A stretch of DNA of 64,000 bases from Candidatus Hydrogenedentota bacterium (GTDB taxonomy: Bacteria; Hydrogenedentota; Hydrogenedentia; Hydrogenedentales; SLHB01): assembly GCA_963668025.2 (NCBI GenBank), contig CAXXTH010000017.1, positions 1,472,001 through 1,536,000 on the forward strand, read 5' to 3'. Positions 19,099-28,183 of the stretch are shown here, one piece after another. A program made the position numbers and the translations under genes. The notes below the pieces were generated by a model. The model made no database searches. It was not told where the DNA came from and saw nothing but the letters and a program-made list of their open reading frames with translations. How positions within the stretch are numbered: position 1 is the stretch's first letter; every line of letters starts with the position of its first letter.

Positions 19099-19846
19099 CT
19101 TTTTCACGTTGCGCATGGGCCGCCTGAAACAACGCCACGCCGGCCGCCACGGCGACATTGAGGCTGTCGAGGCCGCCCGCCAAAGGTATGCTCACGAAAG
19201 CGTCGCAGGCCTTGCGCACGCCGGGACGCAGGCCTTCCGTCTCGTTGCCGAGCACGAGCACGGCGCGTTGGGCCCAAGGCGTGCGAAACACATCCATATC
19301 GCCTGCCGCGTCCAGGCCGTACGCCCAGAATCCTGCTTCCTTCATTTCGCGCAAGGCTTGGGCCATGTTACCGCAGCTCACGATGGGAAGATGAAACACC
19401 GCCCCCGCGCTGGCCCGCAGCACGGTGTCGTCGATGAGTGCGCCGCCGCGCGCCGTGAGGAGGAGGCCCGACGCCCCCGCCCCGAGCGCCGTGCGCGCCA
19501 TCATGCCCACATTGCGCGGATGCTGCACTTGATCGAGCGCCAGCAACAACGCGGTCGGCGGGCAAGCGGCGAGGCAATCTTCCAATGAGGCATACGCGAT
19601 AGGGCTGATCTGCGCCACTACCCCTTGGTGTTCCTGCGTGTCCGCCAGTTCGTTCAATTTGGCTTGCGGCACAAAATCGAACGGCACGCCACCGGCCCGC
19701 GCGGCCTCCACCAGCGCCGCACAATCCCGCGGGCGCGATTCCCGTGCAAAATACACCCGGTTCACCCGCCCGCCCGCGCGCAGCGCCTCCGCGACGCTCC
19801 GCGCACCGTATATCACTTGTCCCGCCAAATAGGTTTCTCCCAACAT
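19079..19846 (-). CDS. rlmB: 23S rRNA 2'-O-ribose methyltransferase (SpoU/TrmH family)
   Basis: HQGVVA, PRNVG..RTA, LGNE..GLR and SLNVAVA motifs. Confidence 0.9.
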   Translation of the reverse strand: MLGETYLAGQVIYGARSVAEALRAGGRVNRVYFARESRPRDCAALVEAARAGGVPFDFVPQAKLNELADTQEHQGVVAQISPIAYASLEDCLAACPPTALLLALDQVQHPRNVGMMARTALGAGASGLLLTARGGALIDDTVLRASAGAVFHLPIVSCGNMAQALREMKEAGFWAYGLDAAGDMDVFRTPWAQRAVLVLGNETEGLRPGVRKACDAFVSIPLAGGLDSLNVAVAAGVALFQAAHAQREKERRKPF

Positions 19847-19891
19847 AGACCATCCATTGAAAACTCAGATGCCCACCTACTGGTAATTTTC

Positions 19892-20302
19892 TCACATAGC
19901 ATTTTTAAGCAATATGGAGCGTATGGCCGCTCGAACCTCGCGCGCCATCTTCACGGCCTCCCAAGCTTCTTTGACATCAATTGGATCCCAAGCGCCCGGA
20001 TAACGGGCTTCCACGGAATACCGGTTCAATGGCTGCACCTTTTCCACAGTTAGCGAGACTTCACCGGTGCGTATGGCTAAGTTGAACAGTACAACAAGAT
20101 CGTGAGTCTTAGGAAAGTAAATGCCATAATGTACCAGAAAGGCTTTCAGGTATTTCTCAGCGCACTGCTGGCAATGGAAGCACACAGTGTCCGTGGGGCA
20201 ATCGTCCTCGAGCGTCAATACATATTCCGCATTTCGCAGGTCATGCTCTGCTTTTTCCATCCAGCGCCACACTTCGAGTTCGAGTTCAGGCGGCCCGTTC
20301 AT
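19892..20302 (-). CDS. HEPN-domain protein
   Basis: W..KAEHDL, FHCQQCAEKYLKA, KTHDL and RYPG motifs. Confidence 0.9.
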   Translation of the reverse strand: MNGPPELELEVWRWMEKAEHDLRNAEYVLTLEDDCPTDTVCFHCQQCAEKYLKAFLVHYGIYFPKTHDLVVLFNLAIRTGEVSLTVEKVQPLNRYSVEARYPGAWDPIDVKEAWEAVKMAREVRAAIRSILLKNAM

Positions 20303-20615
20303 AAATGATCTTGCCTTCTTGTGCAGCCACGCGGACGATCGTCCCGATCACATCCTTTTGGCGTTCAAACTGGTCGGGCGTTACGACGATAACATCGATC
20401 GGAATGGTGCGGTCAGACAAGGCAAGGTCAATCTCGTTTGCCTTGCTGCGCAGAGAACCTTCAACGGGCATGACAACTAGAATGTCGAAATCGCTATCGG
20501 GCGTGGGCGTACCCTTCACATACGAACCGAATAAGATAATGCGGTCGGGATGAAATCGCGACACGATTCGCTGCGCCATCTCATCAAGGAATTGCATGCG
20601 CTCTTGTTCCGTCAT
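20286..20615 (-). CDS. Minimal nucleotidyltransferase (MNT), partner of the HEPN protein
   Basis: ILFGS..G..DSDFDILVV; overlaps the HEPN start; RBS before 20615. Confidence 0.9.
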   Translation of the reverse strand: MTEQERMQFLDEMAQRIVSRFHPDRIILFGSYVKGTPTPDSDFDILVVMPVEGSLRSKANEIDLALSDRTIPIDVIVVTPDQFERQKDVIGTIVRVAAQEGKIIYERAA

Positions 20616-20912
20616 CTCATGTTCCTTTCGATTGGACGGTTCCATGTTATTTGGACATGCCACGCGGCTAAATGTCAACCTCGAATCGCCGCATAACTGG
20701 GATGTCGGAAAGCGTGTGCATACAAATGGCTCATATATTCACGACCATTCATTCCACAGCGCCGTCATCACCCATTTCACCTATTTGGTGAGATCCCGTG
20801 GCATGGGCGTCCCGGCCATGCAACGGTCCGCCATAATCACGTGGCTTCGCGATGGCAGTCCAGTATTTGCAGCGTGTATTGAAATAGCGCACCCAAGGTG
20901 GCAGAATGATAC

Positions 20913-22700
20913 CGAAAGGTTCTGCTTCCATACACCATGTGATATGCGAATGTGGCGCGAAAAGCATGAAAGGGGATGAACCATGAACGTACAAGTTTTC
21001 TCCTTGACCGTTGCTGTTTGCCTAAGCCTTTTGATTACTCCTCCGTGCGCGGGCTCAGGGCAGGTTTCCACCACTGTCCCAGATGCCGCTGTCATCGCCT
21101 CTAATGCGTTCGCGATGGATCTGTACGCCGCCTTGCGCAAGCAGGAAGGCAACTTGTTCTTCTCGCCCGCCAACATCGCCTGCACACTGGCCATGGCGGA
21201 AGCGGGCGCACGCGGCAAAACGGCCCAAGAGATCCGGGATGTGCTCCACATGCCCGATGACTCGTTGGCCATGCACAAGGCCTTCGGCGCATTGGGCAAA
21301 AGCGCGCCGGGCGGAATCCTTCTCTACTCCGCCAACGCGATATGGTCGCCCGAGCCCATCCAACTGCTCGAACCCTTCCAAACCATCATGGAACGGGCCT
21401 ATGGCGTCAACAGCGTCATGACGCCAAATCCCGGGGATTCAAGGGAATATCATATCCAGATCAATGAGTGGATCGCGAAAGAAACGAACAACCGGATCAC
21501 AGAAGCGATCCGGTTCGAGGATTTGCCCCCGGGAGGGCTTAGCCTATCGCTGGTGAGCGCTTCCTATATGAATGGGCAATGGCGCGCCCAGTTTCCACGA
21601 CAGCGAACAGAAACCGCGCCGTTCACTACGGCCAGTGGTGAAACAGTCGAAGTTCCCACGATGCATATGGATGATTTCCTTGAATATGGGGAGAAAGAAA
21701 ACTGCCAAGTGCTGGAAATGAGCTATCAAAATAGCGTAATGGCCATGATTCTCGTGCTACCCAAAGAGCCTGATGGCCTGCCCGCTTTAGAAAAAGAACT
21801 CACCCAAATCGAAGTGAACGCCTGGCTGCCCAAAATGCAGCCCGTTATGGCCATCGTCAGTTTGCCCCGGTTTCGTTTTACGTCCGATCTGCATCTCGGC
21901 AATGTGCTGGGAAAAATGGGCATGCCCACCGCTTTCAGCGACAAAGCGGACTTTAAAAATATGATGTCTATTGATGGATTGCAGTTAAAACTGGCCAAGC
22001 ATTGCTCGTGGGTGGATGTAAACGAAGAGGGTACGGAAGCCGCCTCCGCTACCGTTATGGGGATAGGCATGCCTGGAATGGTTGATGAGTCCGTCGACTT
22101 TATCGCCGACCATCCCTTCCTATTTTTTATCCAGGACAGAAAGAGCGGTTTGATTCACTATGTAGGGCGCGTTCTGGATCCATTGCAGAAATAAATGATA
22201 ACGAAAGGTTCTGCTTCCATACACCATGTGATATGCGAATGTGGCGCGAAAAGCATGAAAGGGGATGAACCATGAACGTACAAGTTTTCTCCTTGACCGT
22301 TGCTGTTTGCCTAAGCCTTTTGATTGCTCCTCCGTGCGCGGGCTCAGGGCAGATTTCCACCACTGTCCCAGATGCCGCTGTCATCGCCTCCAATGCGTTC
22401 GCGATGGATCTGTACGCCGCCTTGCGCAAGCAGGAAGGCAACCTGTTCTTCTCGCCCGCCAACATCGCCTGCACACTGGCCATGGCGGAAGCGGGCGCAC
22501 GCGGCCAGACCGCCCAAGAGATCCGGGACGTGCTCCACATGCGCAAAGGCTCGCTGGCCATGCACAAGGCCTTCGGCGCATTGGGCAAAAGCGCGCCGGG
22601 TGGAGTCCTTCTCTATTCCGCCAACTCGATATGGGCGCCCAAGCCCATCCAGCTTCTCGAACCCTTTCAAACCATCATGGAACGGGCGTATGGCATCAGC
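20913..22700 (+). repeat. ~500-bp near-identical direct repeat covering the upstream region and 5' third of serpins 1 and 2 (about 20913-21410 vs 22202-22700)
   Basis: CGAAAGGTTCTGCTTCCATACACCATGTGATATGCGAATGTGG...ATGAACGTACAAG is repeated at an offset of 1289. Confidence 0.9.
20983..22194 (+). CDS. Secreted serpin 1
   Basis: NLFFSP; hinge EEGTEAASAT; FIADHPFLF signature; signal peptide. Confidence 0.95.
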   Translation: MNVQVFSLTVAVCLSLLITPPCAGSGQVSTTVPDAAVIASNAFAMDLYAALRKQEGNLFFSPANIACTLAMAEAGARGKTAQEIRDVLHMPDDSLAMHKAFGALGKSAPGGILLYSANAIWSPEPIQLLEPFQTIMERAYGVNSVMTPNPGDSREYHIQINEWIAKETNNRITEAIRFEDLPPGGLSLSLVSASYMNGQWRAQFPRQRTETAPFTTASGETVEVPTMHMDDFLEYGEKENCQVLEMSYQNSVMAMILVLPKEPDGLPALEKELTQIEVNAWLPKMQPVMAIVSLPRFRFTSDLHLGNVLGKMGMPTAFSDKADFKNMMSIDGLQLKLAKHCSWVDVNEEGTEAASATVMGIGMPGMVDESVDFIADHPFLFFIQDRKSGLIHYVGRVLDPLQK

Positions 22701-23480
22701 AGCATCATGATGCCTAATCCAAACGATTCGCGAGATATTTATGGCCAAATCAATGCATGGATAGCGCAACAAACGAACAACCGGATTGAATCCACGATTC
22801 TTCGTAGCGACATTCCTAGCGTTCCTCTAAATATGTTTCTCGTGAGCGCTTCTTATATGAAAGGAACATGGCACACTCCGTTTCCCCGCGAGCGCACCCA
22901 ACCAGGCGCTTTCACCATGGCCAGCGGGAATATAATCCAAGTACCCACCATGCATCTAGATTGTCGGCTTGGGTATGCTAAAAAAGACGGCTGCCAGATT
23001 CTTAGTTTGCCTTACAGTAAAAGTACATTATCTATGATAATCGTACTCCCAAATGACCCGGACGGGCTTCCCGCCTTGGAAAAAGAGATCTCGCAAAGTG
23101 ATATAAAAAAATGGATGCCCTGGCTTGATACCGCTAAAGCAAAGGTAAGCCTGCCACGGTTTTGTTTGGCGTCAAATTTTGAACTTAAAAAAACGCTGAG
23201 CGATATGGGCATGCCTCTGGCTTTTTGTGCTTCAGCGGATTTTGGAAACATTACCGCTGATTGCCCATGGTGGATCATGCTTGCAAAGCACTGCGCCTGG
23301 GTGGACGTAAACGAGGAGGGCACGGAAGCCGCCTCAGCAACTGTTTTGGGTTATGGAATGGGTCCGGTGCCGGAGGAGGTCGATTTCATCGCTGATCACC
23401 CCTTTCTGCTTCTCATCCGTGACCGTGACACGGGCCTGATCCATTATATCGGGCGCGTTCTGGATCCTACTCAGAATTAG
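22272..23480 (+). CDS. Secreted serpin 2
   Basis: Serpin motifs; RCL EEGTEAASATVLGYGMGP. Confidence 0.95.
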   Translation: MNVQVFSLTVAVCLSLLIAPPCAGSGQISTTVPDAAVIASNAFAMDLYAALRKQEGNLFFSPANIACTLAMAEAGARGQTAQEIRDVLHMRKGSLAMHKAFGALGKSAPGGVLLYSANSIWAPKPIQLLEPFQTIMERAYGISSIMMPNPNDSRDIYGQINAWIAQQTNNRIESTILRSDIPSVPLNMFLVSASYMKGTWHTPFPRERTQPGAFTMASGNIIQVPTMHLDCRLGYAKKDGCQILSLPYSKSTLSMIIVLPNDPDGLPALEKEISQSDIKKWMPWLDTAKAKVSLPRFCLASNFELKKTLSDMGMPLAFCASADFGNITADCPWWIMLAKHCAWVDVNEEGTEAASATVLGYGMGPVPEEVDFIADHPFLLLIRDRDTGLIHYIGRVLDPTQN

Positions 23481-23511
23481 GCAGTACAACGTTTTATAGG
23501 AGGAACCAACG

Positions 23512-24723
23512 ATGTGGAAAACAGGACTTGTTGTGGGAGTAGCGATGTGCTCAGTGGCGATGGCCACGACTATGGAGGATCAGATTGAAAAGGCCAAACC
23601 CGCCGCCGAGGCGTCCAATGCCTTCGCGGGTGATTTGTATGGCGCATTACGCACACAAGAGGGCAATCTTTTCTTCTCGCCCGCGAGCGTCTCGATTGGC
23701 TTGGCCATGGGCGAAGCAGGCGCGCGCGGCGACACTGAGGCGCAGATGGCCAAGACGCTCCACTTGCCGCCGAACGACCCCGCGATTCACGAAGCCTTTG
23801 GCGCGCTCGTCTGGTTACTGACGCAGCCCGGAAGCGACTGCGGACTACGAGCCGTGAATTCCATGTGGGCGCAACGGGACTATCCTTTCTGCGATTCGTA
23901 TATGCACATCGTGCGGGATATATACGGCGCCCAAGCGCATAAGGCCGACTTCATCCAGGCGGCTGACTCAGCGTGCGAAATAATTAATGCCTGGACCGCC
24001 ACGCAAACCAATTTTCGCATATGCGATCTGATCCCGCCAGGGCTTCTCGATTCGAGAACCCGAATGGTGCTCGTGAATGCGATGTATTTCAAAGCCCGAT
24101 GGACATTTAAGTTCCTGGAAAAGAACACGAAAGACGCCCCCTTCCACCTCACGTCCGAACAGACGGTGCAAGCGCCCATGATGCACCAACGAGGCATGTA
24201 CCGGTATGGCGAGAATGAGACGATGCAGTTCCTCGAAAAGACATACGTGAGCGGAAGCATGGCCATGATGATACTCTTGCCTCGGGCGGTGGACGGTTTG
24301 CCCGCCATCGAGCGGCAATTCAGCGCAAAGGCCTTGCAGGACTGGCTGTCCCAGTCGCAGGACGAGGATGCGGAGGTAGCGATTCCCCGTTTTCGCATGG
24401 AATCGTCCTTCTCCTTAAAAGACACGCTCAGCGCCTTGGGCATGCCGCTGGCCTTCAGCGGCGGGGCGGCGGATTTCACGGGTATGACCGACAAGGAGAA
24501 GGCGTTGTATCTGTCATTCGTGCTCCATAGGGCGTTTGTCGACGTGAACGAAGAAGGCACGGAAGCCACTGCGGCCACGGGTTTTGGCTATATGGGCGGA
24601 GGCGAACTCACAGAGGGTCCGCCTAAACAGTTCAACGCCGATCATCCGTTCCTGTTCGTCATCCGCGAAACCTATACGGGGACGATTCTCTTCGTAGGAA
24701 GGGTGATGAATCCGGCGCAATGA
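23512..24723 (+). CDS. Secreted serpin 3
   Basis: Serpin motifs; RCL EEGTEATAATGFGYMGGG. Confidence 0.95.
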   Translation: MWKTGLVVGVAMCSVAMATTMEDQIEKAKPAAEASNAFAGDLYGALRTQEGNLFFSPASVSIGLAMGEAGARGDTEAQMAKTLHLPPNDPAIHEAFGALVWLLTQPGSDCGLRAVNSMWAQRDYPFCDSYMHIVRDIYGAQAHKADFIQAADSACEIINAWTATQTNFRICDLIPPGLLDSRTRMVLVNAMYFKARWTFKFLEKNTKDAPFHLTSEQTVQAPMMHQRGMYRYGENETMQFLEKTYVSGSMAMMILLPRAVDGLPAIERQFSAKALQDWLSQSQDEDAEVAIPRFRMESSFSLKDTLSALGMPLAFSGGAADFTGMTDKEKALYLSFVLHRAFVDVNEEGTEATAATGFGYMGGGELTEGPPKQFNADHPFLFVIRETYTGTILFVGRVMNPAQ

Positions 24724-24936
24724 TGGCGGCGGCGCTCGCCGGGGAAGAGCACGGCGGAAAAAGCAATGTACTATTACTATGCCATTCCCGCGAAAGCGGG
24801 AATGACGGTGGGGTGAGTTATGCGCAAGTGTCAACGACGATGCCGTGGAACCGTTTCCGGATGCGGGACGTCGTTGGGCGCGTTGAGAAGCCTTTTGAGA
24901 ACCAGAACGTGTTAGTATGATGAGGAGGAGTCGGCC

Positions 24937-26163
24937 ATGCGGAATAGGTGGATTTTCATCGGAGTGGCCATTTTGTTCGCCGTGATGCCCGGTTTCTCTA
25001 CGGCGGAAGCGAATACCAGGGAACCTGCTGTCGCAGCCCCCGCCGTGGCGGCGTCCAATGCGTTCGCAGGCGACTTATATGGCGCGCTGCGTGCGCAGGA
25101 GGGCAATCTATTCCTTTCGCCCGCGAGCATCTCCATTGGCTTGGCCATGGGCGAAGCCGGCGCGCGCGGCGAAACCGAAGCGGAGATGGCAAGAACGCTC
25201 CATCTGCCGCCGAATACGCCCGCGATACACGATGCCTTTGGCGCACTCGTGCGGCTGCTGAAGCAGCGTGAACTCAACAGCGAACTGCAAACCATGAATA
25301 CGTTATGGTCGCAAAAAGGTTTTGTCTTTTTCGATACGTACATGCGCGTCGTGAAGGATCTGTATTCGGCCCAGGCATTTGAGGCCGACTTCATCGGCTC
25401 CGCAAATTCGGCACGCAGACTCATTAATAACTGGACCGCCGAGCAGACCAACGACCGCATACGCAACTTGCTCCCGGCAGGGCTCCTCGATTCCTACACC
25501 CGTATGGTGTTGGTGAATACGATCTATTTCAAAGCCAGGTGGACAACGGAGTTTACGAAAGCTAACACGGAGGACGCCCCTTTCCATCTCACGCCCGACC
25601 AAACCGTGCAAATACCGATGATGCACCAAAAAGGCACGTACCGGTATGGCGAGAACGAAACGATGCAACTCCTTGAAAAAACGTACGCGGGCGGATGCAT
25701 CGCCATGACAATTCTTTTGCCGCGCGCGGTTGACGGCTTGCCCGCCCTCGAGCGGCAATTCAGCGCGGAAGCCTTGCAAGACTGGCTGTCACAGTCGAGT
25801 GAGTCGAATGCAGAAATGGCGCTCCCCTGTTTCCGCATAGAATCGTCTTTTTCCCTGAGCGACACGCTTATTGCCTTGGGCATGCCGCTTGCCTTCAGTA
25901 CGAAGGCGGATTTCTCTGGAATATCGGACGACGAGAGGGGACTCTATTTATCAGCGGTGGTCCATAAGGCCTATATTGAAGTAGACGAAGAAGGCACGGA
26001 AGCCGCCTCAGCCACGGGCGGTGTTTACGCATGTGCTATTTCCGCACCCAAAATGGATCCACCAAAGGTGTTCAATGCCGATCATCCATTCCTATTTGTT
26101 ATTCGCGAAACCAGGACAGGGGCTATAATCTTTCTTGGAAGAGTGATGAATCCTGCGAAGTAA
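24937..26163 (+). CDS. Secreted serpin 4
   Basis: Serpin motifs; RCL EEGTEAASATGGVYACAIS. Confidence 0.95.
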   Translation: MRNRWIFIGVAILFAVMPGFSTAEANTREPAVAAPAVAASNAFAGDLYGALRAQEGNLFLSPASISIGLAMGEAGARGETEAEMARTLHLPPNTPAIHDAFGALVRLLKQRELNSELQTMNTLWSQKGFVFFDTYMRVVKDLYSAQAFEADFIGSANSARRLINNWTAEQTNDRIRNLLPAGLLDSYTRMVLVNTIYFKARWTTEFTKANTEDAPFHLTPDQTVQIPMMHQKGTYRYGENETMQLLEKTYAGGCIAMTILLPRAVDGLPALERQFSAEALQDWLSQSSESNAEMALPCFRIESSFSLSDTLIALGMPLAFSTKADFSGISDDERGLYLSAVVHKAYIEVDEEGTEAASATGGVYACAISAPKMDPPKVFNADHPFLFVIRETRTGAIIFLGRVMNPAK

Positions 26164-26184
26164 TGGCGTCGGAATGCGCGAAAG

Positions 26185-26298
26185 AGGACAAGAAAGCGGT
26201 AGCAAGCTACCGCACTCCATACATGCTCTAAGTATTTCTTATGAAAGTATTTGGAGTGCGGCAGCTTGCTGCCGCTTTGGGCGTGCGGATTTCATTTG
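26185..26298. repeat. REPIN-like inverted doublet, copy 2
   Basis: Matches 12834-12946. Confidence 0.75.
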
Positions 26299-26513
26299 GA
26301 TGCGCTCTTGCGATTCCATAGCGATATCCGACTCGCCGGGTAAAGGCACGACGAAAGAAGCAATGTACTACCATGGCGCCGTTCCCTTTCGCGGTGAAGG
26401 CGTTTGGGTGAGTATTGCGAAAATGTCAACGAAGCGAGTATGGAAGCCGTTTTCCGTGGGTGGGACGCCATTAGGCGCTCAGAGCGTTTTAATACGATTA
26501 GGAGGAGCCAAAC

Positions 26514-27737
26514 ATGCGGAATACTTGGATACTCAGTGGAATGGCGTTGTTGTTTGCCGCGATACCTGTTCGTTCAATGGCGGAGGAAATCACCATGCAG
26601 CCCACCACTACCGTAGCCCCCGCCGTGGCGGCGTCCAACGCTTTTACGGGCGATCTGTATGGCGCGCTGCGCGCACAGGAGGGCAATCTATTTCTTTCGC
26701 CCGCAAGCATCTCGATCTCCTTAGCCATGGTCGAGGCGGGGGCGCGCGGCGGTACGGAGGCGGAGATGGTTAAAACGCTTCATTTGCCGCCCAATACGCC
26801 CGCGATACATGAGTCCTTTGGCGCGCTGGTGCGGCGCTTGAAGGATGACGCCAGCGGCTGTGAACTGCGCACGGCGAACGCCTTATGGGCGCAACAGGGG
26901 TATCCATTTCTCGATTCGTACAGGCGCGTGGTGCAGGATATGTATAACGCCCAAGCATCGGAGGCCGATTTCGCACGCGCTGCCGAATCGGTGCGCAAGA
27001 TCATCAATGACTGGACCGCCGGGCAGACCAACGCCCGCATACGCGACTTGATCCCATCGGGGCTTCTGAATGCGAATACGCGCTTGGTGCTGGTGAACGC
27101 CATTTATTTCAAAGGGCTGTGGGAAAGCCCGTTCAAGCCTGATCTCTCGGAAGATGCGCCGTTCCAGCTCGAACCGGAGCAAACCGTGCAAGTGCGCATG
27201 ATGCGCCAAAAGGGCAATTTCAAATACGGCGAGACCGATACGATGCAACTCCTCGAAATGCCCTATGTGGGCGGACGCATCGCCATGGCGATTCTCTTGC
27301 CACGCGCCGTGGATGGGCTCCCGGCGCTCGAACAGCAGTTCAACTCGACCGCCCTCCAGGATTGGCTATCTCGGGCGCGCAAGGTGGAAACGGCCGTGTC
27401 GATTCCCAAGTTCCGCATGGAATCGTCCTTTTCGCTAAACGACACCCTTATCGCCTTGGGCATGCCGCTGGCTTTTAGCATGAAGGCCGATTTTTCGGGC
27501 ATGGCGGACGATGACAAGGCGCTATTTTTGTCGGCGGTGGTCCACAAGGCATTTGTCGAGGTGAACGAGGAAGGCACGGAAGCCGCCGCGGCCACGGGCG
27601 CCGCCGTAGCGGTCAAGTCATCCGTGCCCCGGCCCCCAAAAATATTCAATGCGGATCACCCTTTCCTTTTTATTATGCGCGACACCGATACGGGTGCGAT
27701 CCTTTTCTTGGGGAGGGTGATGAATCCGGCGAAATGA
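26514..27737 (+). CDS. Secreted serpin 5
   Basis: Serpin motifs; RCL EEGTEAAAATGAAVAVKSS. Confidence 0.95.
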   Translation: MRNTWILSGMALLFAAIPVRSMAEEITMQPTTTVAPAVAASNAFTGDLYGALRAQEGNLFLSPASISISLAMVEAGARGGTEAEMVKTLHLPPNTPAIHESFGALVRRLKDDASGCELRTANALWAQQGYPFLDSYRRVVQDMYNAQASEADFARAAESVRKIINDWTAGQTNARIRDLIPSGLLNANTRLVLVNAIYFKGLWESPFKPDLSEDAPFQLEPEQTVQVRMMRQKGNFKYGETDTMQLLEMPYVGGRIAMAILLPRAVDGLPALEQQFNSTALQDWLSRARKVETAVSIPKFRMESSFSLNDTLIALGMPLAFSMKADFSGMADDDKALFLSAVVHKAFVEVNEEGTEAAAATGAAVAVKSSVPRPPKIFNADHPFLFIMRDTDTGAILFLGRVMNPAK

Positions 27738-28183
27738 TGACGATGGATGCTTTTTCTGGGCAAATTTTACGGAAGATACACCACCAAGGCACAAAGACAC
27801 GAGGAGGCTCGCAAGAATTATCTGGCGTATGTAGCCATTATATATGTAAAATACGTAACTGTCTAGCCGGTTCTGCAATTTGCACAAAGAAACCCGAATC
27901 ACCGTGATTCCCGAAAACACGTGAATCCAGATAATATAGATAAAATCGAATCACAGACCCTTAATTCCCGCATTCACGAGAACGAAGTTCCTACTTTAGA
28001 GCATGATGGCTTCAAATCTTGACACCTGCTAGACAGTTACTAAAATATTTACTAATCTAAGACAGAGCAGGCAAGTAAAGGCTTAGGGCTCCTTGTGTCT
28101 TAGTGTCTTAGTGGTGAAAAACGTTTTTTTGGTTGCGGCCATGCCGCGCAAAGCATTTCGTTGTCCCTTTAATAATGATATCT

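Noticed and set aside
18893-19588. 231-aa plus-strand ORF
   Set aside because: Runs through a hairpin repeat and is antisense to rlmB
24784-24803. ATTCCC-N8-GGGAAT (dRS3-like) hairpin between serpins 3 and 4
   Set aside because: Single clear copy of a widespread palindrome; no evidence of function here
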